From Monocercomonoides exilis PA203 (Eukaryota; Protista; Preaxostyla), in the NCBI GenBank assembly GCA_001643675.2, contig LSRY02000017.1:1054001-1118000 (forward strand): a DNA stretch of 64,000 nucleotides, in the 5' to 3' direction. Of the stretch, positions 48,186-62,391 are shown piece after piece. How positions within the stretch are numbered: position 1 is the stretch's first letter; every line of letters begins with the position of its first letter. The notes beneath the pieces are model-generated. The model saw only the letters and a program-made list of their open reading frames with translations. It was not told the DNA's origin and ran no database searches. The translations under genes and the position numbers were made by a program.

Positions 48186-51100
48186 TCAGAATAAACAAAA
48201 TCTTTGTTGAAGTAAAGTAATAAAAACACTAACAGAAATTCTCAAGCAATTTTTTGTATAAGAATCAGAAGCGGATGTATCGTCATCTTTATAAATAATG
48301 TTTAATAACTGCTGAAGGACCAATGACACCCTGAAATGAATGTATGGGTGGATGGTATTTCTTTTTGTCCTCTCAGCAATTTTGAAGGTATTAACAGAAG
48401 ATTGGTGAGTAAGATATATGTTTGAACGAGATGAAGAATTTGGTGGGAGAAGAATGAAGGGAAAAAGTGATATGAATGTCAGAAGGATCACGTTTTGAGA
48501 CAGAAAAGGGGAGAATATGACTGAATGAATGGAGATATTGCCTGAAAAATGATGCATTTCGCTCCAAAATGGCCAAGTCACAATGTGAAATGCTGCCGGA
48601 TTGTTGTTACTCAGCCAATTTAAGAGTGAGAACAGGCAAGTCGGACACAGAGTGTTGTGAAAGAGAGAAGAAACAGTCACGTTCTTTGCGTCCAGGCATC
48701 TTTGCATGCACTCACACGATTCTTGGAATAGAGTTGAAGGAGGGTTGATTGGCTGAGGAAGTGGACGATCCATTGAAGATTTATCCTTCTCTTTGGGTTT
48801 TAATAGCTCTGCTGGTATTGTTGGAGGAGCAACAAGAATTTCCAAGCTCACACCAGGCGGATTGAAAGAGTTGATAACGCCTCCTTCCCCAGACACCCTT
48901 CCTGCAACAGCTGACCCTCTGATAAATCTTGACTTGGCTTCCACAATTCTCTCTTTCGTCACTTTTTCATCGTTGCTCTGTTTGTCATCTTCTGTTGAAT
49001 CAGCATTAATCTCTTCAATGAGAGGTCTTGTCTTCACAGTAATAGCTTCATCTTTTTTCTCATCTGACACAATTTTCTCTTCTTGTTTCAAGCTTTGCCT
49101 ATCCGCAATTTCATTCAGCGTCTCTGCATCATACTCGAATATAAACTTTTCCCTCTCTGTCTTCTCATTCCTGCAGATGGCTCTTTTATTCGCTGTGATG
49201 TTGTCTTCACGCATCGGCCCGCCAGCCCACGTGAACAGCCTCTCATTGCAGAAGAGATGGAGCGAGCGAATGCGTTTTTGAACGAAAGGACACAGACGCT
49301 TTGAAAGAGGAAGAGAAGAAGCAGCACGCGAAGAGGAAGGAAGGCTGAGTGGGAAGTGTTCTTGGCAGTCGCAGAGTAAGATGGGGCAGTGTGTGCTGGA
49401 TTGGGAAAGGGAAGAAGAAGAAGAAGAAGAAGAAGAAGAAGATAATGAGGAGGAGGAGGAAGAAGAAGAAGACAAAGAAGAAGAAACAGAAATAACTTTC
49501 AACACATTTCTATCCTTCCCTCTTCCTCTTCCTCTTCCCTTGCCTCTGCTAAGAGCTCCACAGTGCAGCGACGACGACGCCACCTCAAGGAACAGGATGT
49601 GCGAAGGGTGTGGAGGGATCTGCGGGTAGAACAACTTCTGTGTGAAGAGAGAGGAATTACTATGGATAGACTCAAGAAGAGACGCAGAGTCAGCCAGCTT
49701 CTCGTTCAGCAGCAGGAACAGGATATTCAGCAGAAATGCGACTGACTTGTCGGTCGAGGAAAGCGGAGGAGAAGAAGAGGAAGGGACGACAAGAAGAGGT
49801 TTCTTTGTCATTTTCAATGCTCCTCCACTTTCTTCTGTTGAATACATTTGCTCCTCTGTCATTTCACTTATCTCCCTCAATCTCTCTGATACTTCCATTG
49901 TTTCGTCTGGCACACTTGAAACATCACTCAGATCGGGTGAGTGAGCAGCCAGCAGTGCGAGAAGAACAGGAAGGAGCTCTTCTTTCAGGCGGGCGAGGAC
50001 GAAGGAGCTGCAGCGAGTGATGAAATAGTTAAGCAATTGAGTGAGAGAGGAAGAATATTGAGAAGAAGAAGGAAGAGAAGAGAAGACAGAAGAAGAGGAG
50101 GGAGAAGAAGAAGATGATGATGATAAAGAAATTGATGATGAACCACTCATCACGCCCAACCCTCCCTGCCCTGCATCTCCACCTGACACAAAGACACCTC
50201 TAAACAGCAGAGAAAGAGGAAGAGCTCCTCCGTTGAGGTCACACCCAGTCTGCACTGCACCCGACAGCATCATCCTCAGCGTCGATATCATCGGTGCCCA
50301 CAGCAAATGGACGCTGTTCAGAAAGAGAGGGTGATGCGGAGGCTCAATTATCTGCTCTGATGGTGATGGTGTTGATGAGCTTTTGGTTTGTTCTTGTTTT
50401 TCTTTTTCTTTTTCTTTTTCTTTTTCTTTTTCTTTTTCTTTTTCTTCCTCTTTGTTTCTTCTGCTTCTGATACTTCCACTGCTATTTCTACTGTTACTGC
50501 TGTTACTATTATTGCTATTGCTTTTATTGCTTCCATTTCCCTCTGGCAGATTCAGCTCCATCATCTGCAGCGCCCAATATGCCGTGCTCAGTGCTGCTCC
50601 TTTGCACCTCCCTTTCATCCTTCTGTTCCGATCGTCCTCTTCCATCTGCATCTGCCGCTCTGCTTCTTCCTCTTCTCTGCTCCTCTCTTTCTCCCACGGC
50701 TCTCTTCCCATCATGCCTTCATCTCTTCCTCCTCTTCCTCCTCTTCCTCTTCCTCCTTCTCCTTCTCCTTCTTCTCCTCTCAAAACCAACCTCTGTCTGC
50801 TGGATGACCAGCTCCCACAGAAAGGCACAGCCATCTTCACAACATGCCTTGCTATCGTCGTCAGCTCCACAAGAAGCGCATTGTGACGACAGAACTGCTT
50901 CACTGACTGCTCTTCGTCTGTGTCTTTGGAACTAGACGCGGCTAAGAGACGACGTTCTTCTTCTTCTTCGGATTCGTTGTCATCTTCTGATGCTTCTTCA
51001 TCTGGTTCTTCTCCTTCTTTCTCTTTCTCTTTCTCTTTCTCCTTCTTTTTCCTCTTCTCTTTCTCCTTCTTTCTTCTTCTCTTCTTCTCCTCTCTCTCCT

Positions 51101-54100
51101 TCTCCTTCTCCATCACCCGCACACTGATGCATCTGGTGATTAATGCAGCAAACTTTGTGATTGACTGCAATGCTGACAGAATTGAGAAGACAATCGTGTG
51201 GCGCATTGAAAAGGGCACAGAAGAAGAAAGACGCTGTTTGGGAAGCAGAAAAGAGGAAAGCGGGAAGTTGCTTCGACGTCTGAATGAAGAAGAAGAAGAA
51301 GAAGAAGAGGGCATTAAGAAGGAAGAAGAGGAGAAAGAAGAAGAAGCTAATGAAGAAGAAGTAGAAGGCGAAAACGAAGGAAGTTGACTGAGAAGTGTCT
51401 GGAAGCAGTCACGCAGCAGAGGCACCATCACACCAAACGACGCATTCAAAGAAAATTTCTTCTTTTTCTTCTTCTTCTTCACTCCTCTTTCACTTCCTTC
51501 ACTTCTTTCTCTACCTTCTTCTTTACTTCCTTCTTCACAGTCTTCTTCTTCTTGTTCTCCTTCTCCTTCCTTCAGATGCAGCTGAGGGTACAACACCGAC
51601 GACTTCTCCATCAGAATCGCAAACACAAGTGCAATCACATGCGGAGCAGTGGCAATGTCCTCAGCAAGCGACGCATTGCGCAGCTCTGCCTGCCTTTGCT
51701 CAATGAACTTCTCTTTTATTTTCAGCTTCAGCCCCAATTTCTGCCTCTCCCGCTCTTTCTCCTTCGCTTTCTCCTCTGCCGCGTCCTGTTCTTTGCTGCT
51801 GCCTCCTTTTAATTCTGCTTCTTTTCTCGCTTTCTCCACTTCCCTTTTTAATCTGTTCTGCTCTTTCATCAGTCTCTTCCTCTCTCTCACTGCATTCTCC
51901 ACTTCTCTTCGCTCAGCCTCAAAGCGAACAGCCGTGTCTGCTTGCTGGTCGAGTAAAGAAATGTTTAAAAGAGCACAGTCGGTTATGTAGTCGATGTTGG
52001 AGAGGAGGAAAGAGGAGAGGAGGGAGAGGAGGGAGGAATGGAGGGAGAGAGCAGATTGGATGGAAGAGCGGGGAGGAAGTGAAGGTGAAGGTGAGGGTGA
52101 AGGTGAAGGGAGGATGGATGAGGATTCTGAAGATGAAGGTGAAGGTGAAGAAGAAGAAGAAGAAGAAGAAGAGGAGGAGGAGGAGGCAGAAGAGTAAGAT
52201 GAAGAAAATGATGATGACGACGATGAAGACGATGCATTCATACACAACTCCATCGCCTCTGTCATCTCCTGTTCGAGATGCGCCATCACCATCAGAGCAA
52301 TAGAGCTTGCTTTCTTCACATGCTGCGTGCTCTTCTGTGCTGATGCCAGCGACAGGAAGAAGAAAAGAACCTGCTGTTTGTACTGCGAAAAGCGCTGGGC
52401 GAAGATGTTGAGGCAATCCTGTGGAGAACAAGTGACTTCTTCTACGTGGGATGCAAACATCATCTTCTTTCTGTTCATTAGCATCATGTCTTCTTCTTCA
52501 TCTTCTTCTTCGTCTTCCTCCTCCTTATCATCATAATTACCTCTATCTCTTTCTCTATCTTCATCTTCATCCCTCTTCATCTGCTTCTCCACCCCCCTCA
52601 CCACCACTTCATCTAACTGCATCAGCTGAGCAGAGCACAAACACAGAAGAGCATGAAAATGCTGCACGGAAGGCGCAAAGCCGTCGAGCCTGGTGAATGT
52701 GAGTGGATCTGCTGTGCGTGACAGAGTGGATGGAGTGATACGGCGCAAGGTGTCGAGAGTGAGGTCGAGGAGATCGCGGAGGTGGGATAGAGTGGTGGAG
52801 GAGAAGAGGGGGAGAGAGGAAGAAGAAGAAGAAGAAGAAGAAGCGATATAGTTTTGACCAGTTATTGATTGTTGAGTGTGCTTATCATCATCACCATCAT
52901 TATCAGCATTAGATTTGCTGAACAAATATGACACAACGCCTGCAAACAGATACGGCAGTGCCACAAGAGCAGTGGCAGACTGCATCAGAATAGAGACAAG
53001 AGACTTGTTGCTGTGTGATGCTATCACGTCTTCCTCATCTTCTTCATCATCTTCTTCATCATCTTCAACCTCGTTTTCATCTTCATCTTTATTAATATTG
53101 ATATCGAAACCTCCATCTGTATTTGTGCTTATATTGCCATTAATTTCAATAGAATTCACAATAACTGAATCTTCATTGCTTCTGCTAACTCCTTCATCGT
53201 CCGCTCCATTTCTTTTCTTTTTCTTTGCCTTTTTCTTTTTCTTTTGCATTGAGCTTCCGCCAATCAGATCAGAAGCAGCAGCATAGTCACTCGAAGGATC
53301 GTCCAATGAACTGACGGTTTCGCTCCAGCTGTCTGCCACAAGAGAATGCTTGTTGGCAAGCTCAACAAGCAAATCAACAAGAAAACGAAGCAGAAATCCT
53401 CCGTCTCCTAATGATGCCTCGTCAGCATAGCCAATGAACTCTGCTTCTGCTTCTTCTTCCTTTAATTCTTCCTTTAATTCTTCTTCTGCTTCTGTTTCTT
53501 CTTCTTCTCCATAAATAGACATCATTGACTTCTTCTTATCTCTCCTTCTCTTCCTCTCCTTCTCCTTCTCCTTCTCCCCCAAATGCTCGTCCATTGTGAG
53601 TGCAGCTATCCTTCCCAGTGTGAAGAAGAACAAAAGCACCGCATGCTGCAGCGAAGACACATTCGGAGTGGAAAACAGGCGCTGCAGGCGGCCAGAGGAA
53701 AGGAAAATGCCCAGCTCGGTCTGTGTTGTGGAGGAGCAGTGGAGGAACTGGACTTCAAAGACTGTGTAGCTCACGAAGGAGGAGAAGGAGGAGAAGGAGA
53801 CAAGGGAAGAGAAAGAAGAAGAAGAAGAAGAGTTATTTTCCCTGGATTGATATGAGGATCTGGTTGTTGAGGGAAAGAAAGGGGAGTTCCATCCATATGC
53901 ACCTTCTCTCAAAATGAGCTGGATGAACTCAGAAGAAGAGGAGGATTCAGAAGGAGAGGCGCTGGTGATGAAACTGGATGGGGTGGATGAGTTGTCTGAG
54001 GAAAGAGTGAGTGGCATTGCAGAAGAAGAAGAGGAGGAGAAGGATGAAGAAGAAAAAGAAGAAGTATTAGAAAATAATAGTGAGCTACCTGAATTCAATG

Positions 54101-55802
54101 GAACCATCCTTCTTTCGTCTATACCAGCTGGCAGAATAAGACTAGACGAGCCAACAGGCAGAATACGAGAGGGCTCTTCAGAAACAGAGGGAGAGGAAGC
54201 GCTTGTGAAATCACGTGATCCGAAGATGGAGTGTGAAGAAGACGAAGAAACTGTTTCGAGCAGAGAGAGGCAGATGGGAAGAAGAGCAGGAATGCACTTC
54301 TGGAGGAATGAGGAGATGGCGAACTGGTCGAGACGGAAGCTGCTGACTGAAATGTTGAATGGAGAAGAAGAAGAAGAAGAAGAAGAAGAAGAAGAAGAAG
54401 AACAAAATGATGAAGTTAATGAAGAAGCAAATGAAGAAAGTGACATGTCAGAATCTCGCTGATTGCCTGTAACTGACAGCAGAATCGAGAACACGGACAA
54501 ATAATTCGTCAGCACGCGAACAGAAGCCAGCACATCATCCAGAGGCGCGGTCTGGTTCTGATAGGCGACAGACAGATAAGTCGTGATGCAATGCGGGAGA
54601 ATGCCTGTGGAGATGTGCTGAGTGCGGTCGAGGAGCGAAGGTAGGAGAGAAGGGGTGGTTAAAACTGAAGTGTGTGGGCTGACAAACCACTTGTGCAAGA
54701 GGATACCTAAAGAGGCGGATGAGTACATGGAAATTGAGGCCTGTGTGTTGGATGATTCGTCTAAAGAGCGTTCGGAGGGGAAAACGAGCTTGAGATGGGA
54801 CGTAGGTACTGTGCTTAATGCAACGGGTCCGGAAGGAGGCTGAGAAAGCAGAGGGATTGATAGCGAAGAGATGATGTCCAGTGAAATAGGAGAAGATGAG
54901 CTTGAAAGTGCTGCAGTGAGTTGGCTGTATAGGTCGTCTCCGCATTCGTTGAGGATGTATTCAAGAAGCAGAAGAACAATTGAGAAGGATGCTGAATGCT
55001 TTGGTTGAGGAGATTCTGGTGAATCAGAGTTGGCATTGGAATAGGCCATGGAATGATAAAAAGCAAACATCTTTTCACATGACATTAATAGCTTCCATGC
55101 ACTCCATATCTTCATTTGCCGAATGGCTATATGATTGCTCTGAACATAGTGCTTTGAATGAAGGCTGATTTCAGATCCAAAAATTGTTTTGATTTGTTCA
55201 TAGATATGATCGAAACTATTCAATAGCCATTGTTTGCTTTGAGAAAGAGACTCTTCATCCGAAACCTTGTGCTCTTCATCACGGCTTGGAACTGATTCAT
55301 CACTCGAGATTCTAATTTTTTGTACGAATCGTTTAATAGCAGGATTTATCTCATTTCTAGATGTAAGATAAGTGTTTGAGAGATCGGAAAAGCAATGAGA
55401 AACAATTTCAGTCCATATACGTATTGAAGTTATTATGATTTTTGATCCAAGTTTGCTATCTCCATTGATCAAGGAACAAAGAGCAGTCGAAACACCAGGA
55501 AAAAAGTTCTTTGTTATTTTTATGTCAACCAAAGTATGGACATAATACAGGCACTCCAACGATCTCAGTTGCAATGACTTATTTTTCTCGTGCATAGAAA
55601 AATCGATAAGAATATAACTCATGTTTCCAAGTGCATTTATGACATTTTCTGGAATCTGTTCCGATTGTGAATGACGAAAGAGATTTCGAGCAATTGGATC
55701 TTGCAGATATAGTAATAATTTTTTTGTTGCGTCATCCTTCTCAATTTCTGATTGATTGTTTGATTTACACAAAGAAGAATAAACTTGAACGAAATCCGTC
55801 AT
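48186..55802 (-). CDS. TTI1: TELO2-interacting protein 1 (TTT complex HEAT protein), inflated by low-complexity insertions
   Basis: FFPGVSTALCSLINGDSKLGSKII, FLLSNIDYITD, FLNSVHLLWAPMISTL and RCSSFVLARL match TTI1 motifs in order. First ATG at 55802. The 3' end may include a short extra exon (possible donor near 48220). Confidence 0.75.
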   Translation of the reverse strand: MTDFVQVYSSLCKSNNQSEIEKDDATKKLLLYLQDPIARNLFRHSQSEQIPENVINALGNMSYILIDFSMHEKNKSLQLRSLECLYYVHTLVDIKITKNFFPGVSTALCSLINGDSKLGSKIIITSIRIWTEIVSHCFSDLSNTYLTSRNEINPAIKRFVQKIRISSDESVPSRDEEHKVSDEESLSQSKQWLLNSFDHIYEQIKTIFGSEISLHSKHYVQSNHIAIRQMKIWSAWKLLMSCEKMFAFYHSMAYSNANSDSPESPQPKHSASFSIVLLLLEYILNECGDDLYSQLTAALSSSSSPISLDIISSLSIPLLSQPPSGPVALSTVPTSHLKLVFPSERSLDESSNTQASISMYSSASLGILLHKWFVSPHTSVLTTPSLLPSLLDRTQHISTGILPHCITTYLSVAYQNQTAPLDDVLASVRVLTNYLSVFSILLSVTGNQRDSDMSLSSFASSLTSSFCSSSSSSSSSSSSSPFNISVSSFRLDQFAISSFLQKCIPALLPICLSLLETVSSSSSHSIFGSRDFTSASSPSVSEEPSRILPVGSSSLILPAGIDERRMVPLNSGSSLLFSNTSSFSSSSFSSSSSSAMPLTLSSDNSSTPSSFITSASPSESSSSSEFIQLILREGAYGWNSPFFPSTTRSSYQSRENNSSSSSSFSSLVSFSSFSSFVSYTVFEVQFLHCSSTTQTELGIFLSSGRLQRLFSTPNVSSLQHAVLLFFFTLGRIAALTMDEHLGEKEKEKERKRRRDKKKSMMSIYGEEEETEAEEELKEELKEEEAEAEFIGYADEASLGDGGFLLRFLVDLLVELANKHSLVADSWSETVSSLDDPSSDYAAASDLIGGSSMQKKKKKAKKKKRNGADDEGVSRSNEDSVIVNSIEINGNISTNTDGGFDININKDEDENEVEDDEEDDEEDEEDVIASHSNKSLVSILMQSATALVALPYLFAGVVSYLFSKSNADNDGDDDKHTQQSITGQNYIASSSSSSSSSLPLFSSTTLSHLRDLLDLTLDTLRRITPSTLSRTADPLTFTRLDGFAPSVQHFHALLCLCSAQLMQLDEVVVRGVEKQMKRDEDEDRERDRGNYDDKEEEDEEEDEEEDMMLMNRKKMMFASHVEEVTCSPQDCLNIFAQRFSQYKQQVLFFFLSLASAQKSTQHVKKASSIALMVMAHLEQEMTEAMELCMNASSSSSSSSFSSSYSSASSSSSSSSSSSSSPSPSSSESSSILPSPSPSPSPSLPPRSSIQSALSLHSSLLSLLSSFLLSNIDYITDCALLNISLLDQQADTAVRFEAERREVENAVRERKRLMKEQNRLKREVEKARKEAELKGGSSKEQDAAEEKAKEKERERQKLGLKLKIKEKFIEQRQAELRNASLAEDIATAPHVIALVFAILMEKSSVLYPQLHLKEGEGEQEEEDCEEGSKEEGRERSEGSERGVKKKKKKKKFSLNASFGVMVPLLRDCFQTLLSQLPSFSPSTSSSLASSSFSSSSFLMPSSSSSSSSFRRRSNFPLSSFLLPKQRLSSSVPFSMRHTIVFSILSALQSITKFAALITRCISVRVMEKEKEREEKKRRRKKEKEKRKKKEKEKEKEKEGEEPDEEASEDDNESEEEEERRLLAASSSKDTDEEQSVKQFCRHNALLVELTTIARHVVKMAVPFCGSWSSSRQRLVLRGEEGEGEGGRGRGGRGGRDEGMMGREPWEKERSREEEEAERQMQMEEDDRNRRMKGRCKGAALSTAYWALQMMELNLPEGNGSNKSNSNNSNSSNSRNSSGSIRSRRNKEEEKEKEKEKEKEKEKEKQEQTKSSSTPSPSEQIIEPPHHPLFLNSVHLLWAPMISTLRMMLSGAVQTGCDLNGGALPLSLLFRGVFVSGGDAGQGGLGVMSGSSSISLSSSSSSSPSSSSVFSSLPSSSQYSSSLTQLLNYFITRCSSFVLARLKEELLPVLLALLAAHSPDLSDVSSVPDETMEVSERLREISEMTEEQMYSTEESGGALKMTKKPLLVVPSSSSPPLSSTDKSVAFLLNILFLLLNEKLADSASLLESIHSNSSLFTQKLFYPQIPPHPSHILFLEVASSSLHCGALSRGKGRGRGRGKDRNVLKVISVSSSLSSSSSSSSSLSSSSSSSSSSSLSQSSTHCPILLCDCQEHFPLSLPSSSRAASSLPLSKRLCPFVQKRIRSLHLFCNERLFTWAGGPMREDNITANKRAICRNEKTEREKFIFEYDAETLNEIADRQSLKQEEKIVSDEKKDEAITVKTRPLIEEINADSTEDDKQSNDEKVTKERIVEAKSRFIRGSAVAGRVSGEGGVINSFNPPGVSLEILVAPPTIPAELLKPKEKDKSSMDRPLPQPINPPSTLFQESCECMQRCLDAKNVTVSSLFHNTLCPTCLFSLLNWLSNNNPAAFHIVTWPFWSEMHHFSGNISIHSVIFSPFLSQNVILLTFISLFPFILLPPNSSSRSNIYLTHQSSVNTFKIAERTKRNTIHPYIHFRVSLVLQQLLNIIYKDDDTSASDSYTKNCLRISVSVFITLLQQRFCLF

Positions 55803-56073
55803 TTTGAAATGATAACACAAATAAAGAAACTTTATTTTTTTTTTCTGAATTAACTTATACTATGGTAATTGAAGTTGCCTCTTTCACAACTCTTAATTGC
55901 AAAATTAAAAGAAATTCAGGGAAATAAATAATGGATCTTTTTTCAATGAATGGGTCGGAATATTAAATAATAGTTTCATAAGTTTCGTTATTCTTTGCAC
56001 TTTGGAAAAAATCACAAATGAATCAATAAAAGATGGAGATAGTTTATTTCCCATATTTTGATTATTTATTATC

Positions 56074-56572
56074 ATGGGGTTCCCAGCTATCGTATTTAAC
56101 ATCATAGATATCGTTATTGGCGCATACGTCGTGTTCGCTGGTATTTTCTGGATCATAATGTTGTTTATGAACGGATTTTTCTTTGGATGTATGCAGTTTT
56201 TTATTTTGATCATATTCAACAAATGTTTTGATCTCAGCATTCATTGGCTCTCTTTTCATGATCCTGTTTGGATTGATTATCATCGTGTACGTGTTATGGC
56301 AGCCCACGATAATCACTCAATACTTTGGTCTTGTTAATAGTTGGCTTGGATATGGATTGTTTATCCTTTAGTTTGTTAAGCGCAGTTTCTTTTTATATTT
56401 TATGAGAACTAACTATTTTTTTTCAATTAGCTTGGGTGTGGCTTCTTGGGGAAGCAATCACATCGTTGTGTGGATCATTGGAGCGCTCACTGTTGTGATG
56501 GGATTCATTTACATTATCTTGCACTTTGTTAAATGTGTGGACAAGCCAGGTCCACTTCTTGGAAAGAAGTAA
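56074..56572 (+). CDS. TVP15: COPI-associated / TVP15-like Golgi membrane protein
   Basis: Three exons give a ~130-aa four-TM protein with QYFGLVNSWLGYGLFILYLGV (cf. YFxFLxSxLGRGxFYIFLG) and a C-terminal di-lysine GKK*. Confidence 0.7.
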
Positions 56573-56782
56573 TTTTGAATTTATTTACAAATTCTTTATC
56601 GTACTTTTTTTCAATTTCGTTTTCACCACCCTATCAAATTTGTTTATTTTCAAATAAATTTATCCATTCCCTTTTTTAAAATTTGGAATAAAATGCCGTC
56701 GTGTATATGCAATGATTGATTATTATTTTTTAAAAGAAAGATAAAAACAAAAATTGAGAAAGAAACAACTGTAGATCATCCC

Positions 56783-59829
<3,047 letters not shown>

Positions 59830-60684
59830 ATGTTGATAATTATAAGAATTAGATGAATTTTTTCTTGCAGCCGCAAGAATTTTATAAAGAGAAATTTCTC
59901 TGTTTGAAAAGACGATTGTCTGCCATTCTTCTTTCTGTGTGTGCTTTTTTAGTTTTGCCTTCAGTCATTTACACGCATTTGAATATTGTCTCATTTTTGC
60001 TTTTAAAAAATAAATATCGTTCTTTTTCTTTCTCTCTTTCGATTTTGTTTGAAAGATTGTTGTATTTTGCTTATATTATTTATGTAATGTTTGCATTTCT
60101 GACTGTTTGAAATGTTTGTCTTGATTGCATCTGTCGTTTCATTAACCCTGTTTTTGTTCAAAAGATTGTTTCATTGTTTTATTTCTCCGAACCTTTCGTT
60201 TTTTTTTTCTTTCTTTCCGTTCATTGGCTTTGTCTCAATTTAAGTACTACCTATCTCTTCTTTGTTATTGCGTCTTATTTTTCTTTATTCTTTATTTATT
60301 TTTTTCTTTATCTTTTAATTTTTACTTTTATTTTATTTTATTGTTGTTAATTGTTTTTTAAGATCTTGTCAAGCATTTTTAGTTCGACGCGGCTTCTTTG
60401 TGTGGCCTTTGTGTGTTTTATTCTATCTCTCTGTATTTCAATCCAATCTGCAAATCTGCGCTGCGTTGAAAAAGAATCGCTTGGATTGGAATTATTCATC
60501 GCTTTATGTAACTCCACAAAATATAAGAAAATTAATAAGAAGTGATGCTTTTTTTTTTATTTATTTTTCTTTAGGTGAAGTTAAATCAAAACAAAAAAAT
60601 GAAAGGCAAAAGTTATAAAAAATCAAAAGAAGAAGTGAAGAAATGAATAAAACGAACAAATTACATTTGACACAATGTGACGTT

Positions 60685-61914
60685 CTACTCCTCTTTGTTG
60701 TGCTTTGAATATGAAGAATCTTTTGGAGTCTCTCCAAGCTCGTCTGGTGATTGAACAGAAAACGCACAGCATATTGTCAGTCCAGCAGCAACCATCACGA
60801 TCAACAACACAAGAAGTCCTTGGAAAATGGCAGAGCTCATCAACAGCCCGTTCTTTATTGGATCCTTTTGAAATGCATTCATTTGAATAAAAAAAAATTG
60901 TTCGTTTAAAAATAAATTTTGATATTAATATTGTATTTAAGTTTGCGCAATTTAGCATATTCAAACAATGGTTACTGCATTGCCCAGATAGTAGGCGTCA
61001 AAGCTTTGGCAAGTTTCTGTGATTTTGCTTAAATAGTCACTTAAGTCATTTACTGAAAGTTGAATTAATGAACGTTATTTATGAATAATAATTCAAAAGT
61101 ACAAATTTCCATTTTTTTTGAAAAAGTAACATTGATTTTGTGGTGATTAAAATTGTAATTATTGACACACTATGTAATTCATTGAGATCTTCACCTTGAA
61201 CATAATCCATCATGATAATGTGAATGGATCCGTTATGATTCACAGAAAATGAAGAGTCAATTGAAATGGAAGTTGTCTGCATCACTTTCTTTGCTGAAAT
61301 GCATAAATCTCCAGCTTTTGAAATAAAGTTTAAAAACCAAACACAGAATAACTAAAACTTCAAACTTTGATTTCGGCAGTACAGATTAATCTGTTTAAAG
61401 TCGGCTTTTGAATCATTATCCGAGTGTGGTAGTGCGTTAAGAATGGAACGAGATTTTTCGTTCATAGAAATTTGTGATGTGAGATGAATGGACGATGCTT
61501 TTGGAGCAACTTTCTGAAGAAAGTATAATTATATAAAAATACTCAATTCCAAAATATTTGTCTAAAAAATAAATAGCATACGGATAATTCGACTTCGCTC
61601 AGCAATACAGCTGGTATCTTTCAAATTCATAAAAAATATTAATCAACAACGTTCATCAAGCAAATACAAACTTGTGGTTCAATAAATAAAAATATGTCGT
61701 GTTTCACATTTGCCTTTGTATAATTTTCGATTTTTGTTTTTAAATCTTGTGAGATAGAAGAGAAAAATTCGTTCTGCTGAATTGGTTCCAATGATTCCGA
61801 AATTTGTTTTGAGTTGCTTGGACTGGAAAACGTAAATTGTACAGCTGCTTGATATTCGGTCATTGCATATTTAAAATGAATGAAATAAATTAAAAAATTC
61901 CACAAAAACAGCAT
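60685..61914 (-). CDS. Signal-peptide type-I membrane protein, V-ATPase accessory Ac45/VOA1-like
   Basis: Multi-exon; begins MLFLWNFLIYFIHFKYA; last exon (phase-0 join) DPIKNGLLMSSAIFQGLLVLLIVMVAAGLTICCAFSVQSPDEL resembles the Ac45/VOA1 TM motif (xxPGIxMGLxxxx...xxIQTPDRF). Confidence 0.55.
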
Positions 61915-62004
61915 TTAAAATCTTTTTTGCGAAAAATTGGTGATCTTTAACCTATAAGTACAGTCTTTTCAGATTGATCCAAATACATAAATATTTATAA
62001 GAAA

Positions 62005-62229
62005 ATGGCGAACATGGGAGCTGCGGAGCCAAAAGTATTGTTCAGGATATCTATGATCCTTCTTGTATTAGGGTTTCTGTTTTATTTAGGCTACACACTT
62101 TTCCCTGAGCCAAGTTTGTATTTTTGTCTCAATTTATGAAATGTGCGTATCTGTAATTTTTCTTTTTCTTTTTAACCATTCGTTCAACATCAAGATCAAG
62201 TTGTGAAAAATAATTCCCCAAAAAGCTAA
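62005..62229 (+). CDS. Putative 47-aa single-TM microprotein
   Basis: Exons 62005-62113 and 62195-62229 across a GTTTGT...AG intron: MANMGAAEPKVLFRISMILLVLGFLFYLGYTLFPEPNQVVKNNSPKS*. Confidence 0.55.
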
Positions 62230-62391
62230 GTTATTGGCATTTTTCAGTTTTCCAACGTATAAATAGCACTCCTTTTTCTAAGAGATTACAAATCTCTCTT
62301 TATTTTAGTGGTGACATTCACTTTTTATATATGATTGATGAAGTGATGAAGTGGAGGAAAAATAAAATTATTCTTAATATTTCTTTTCTCA

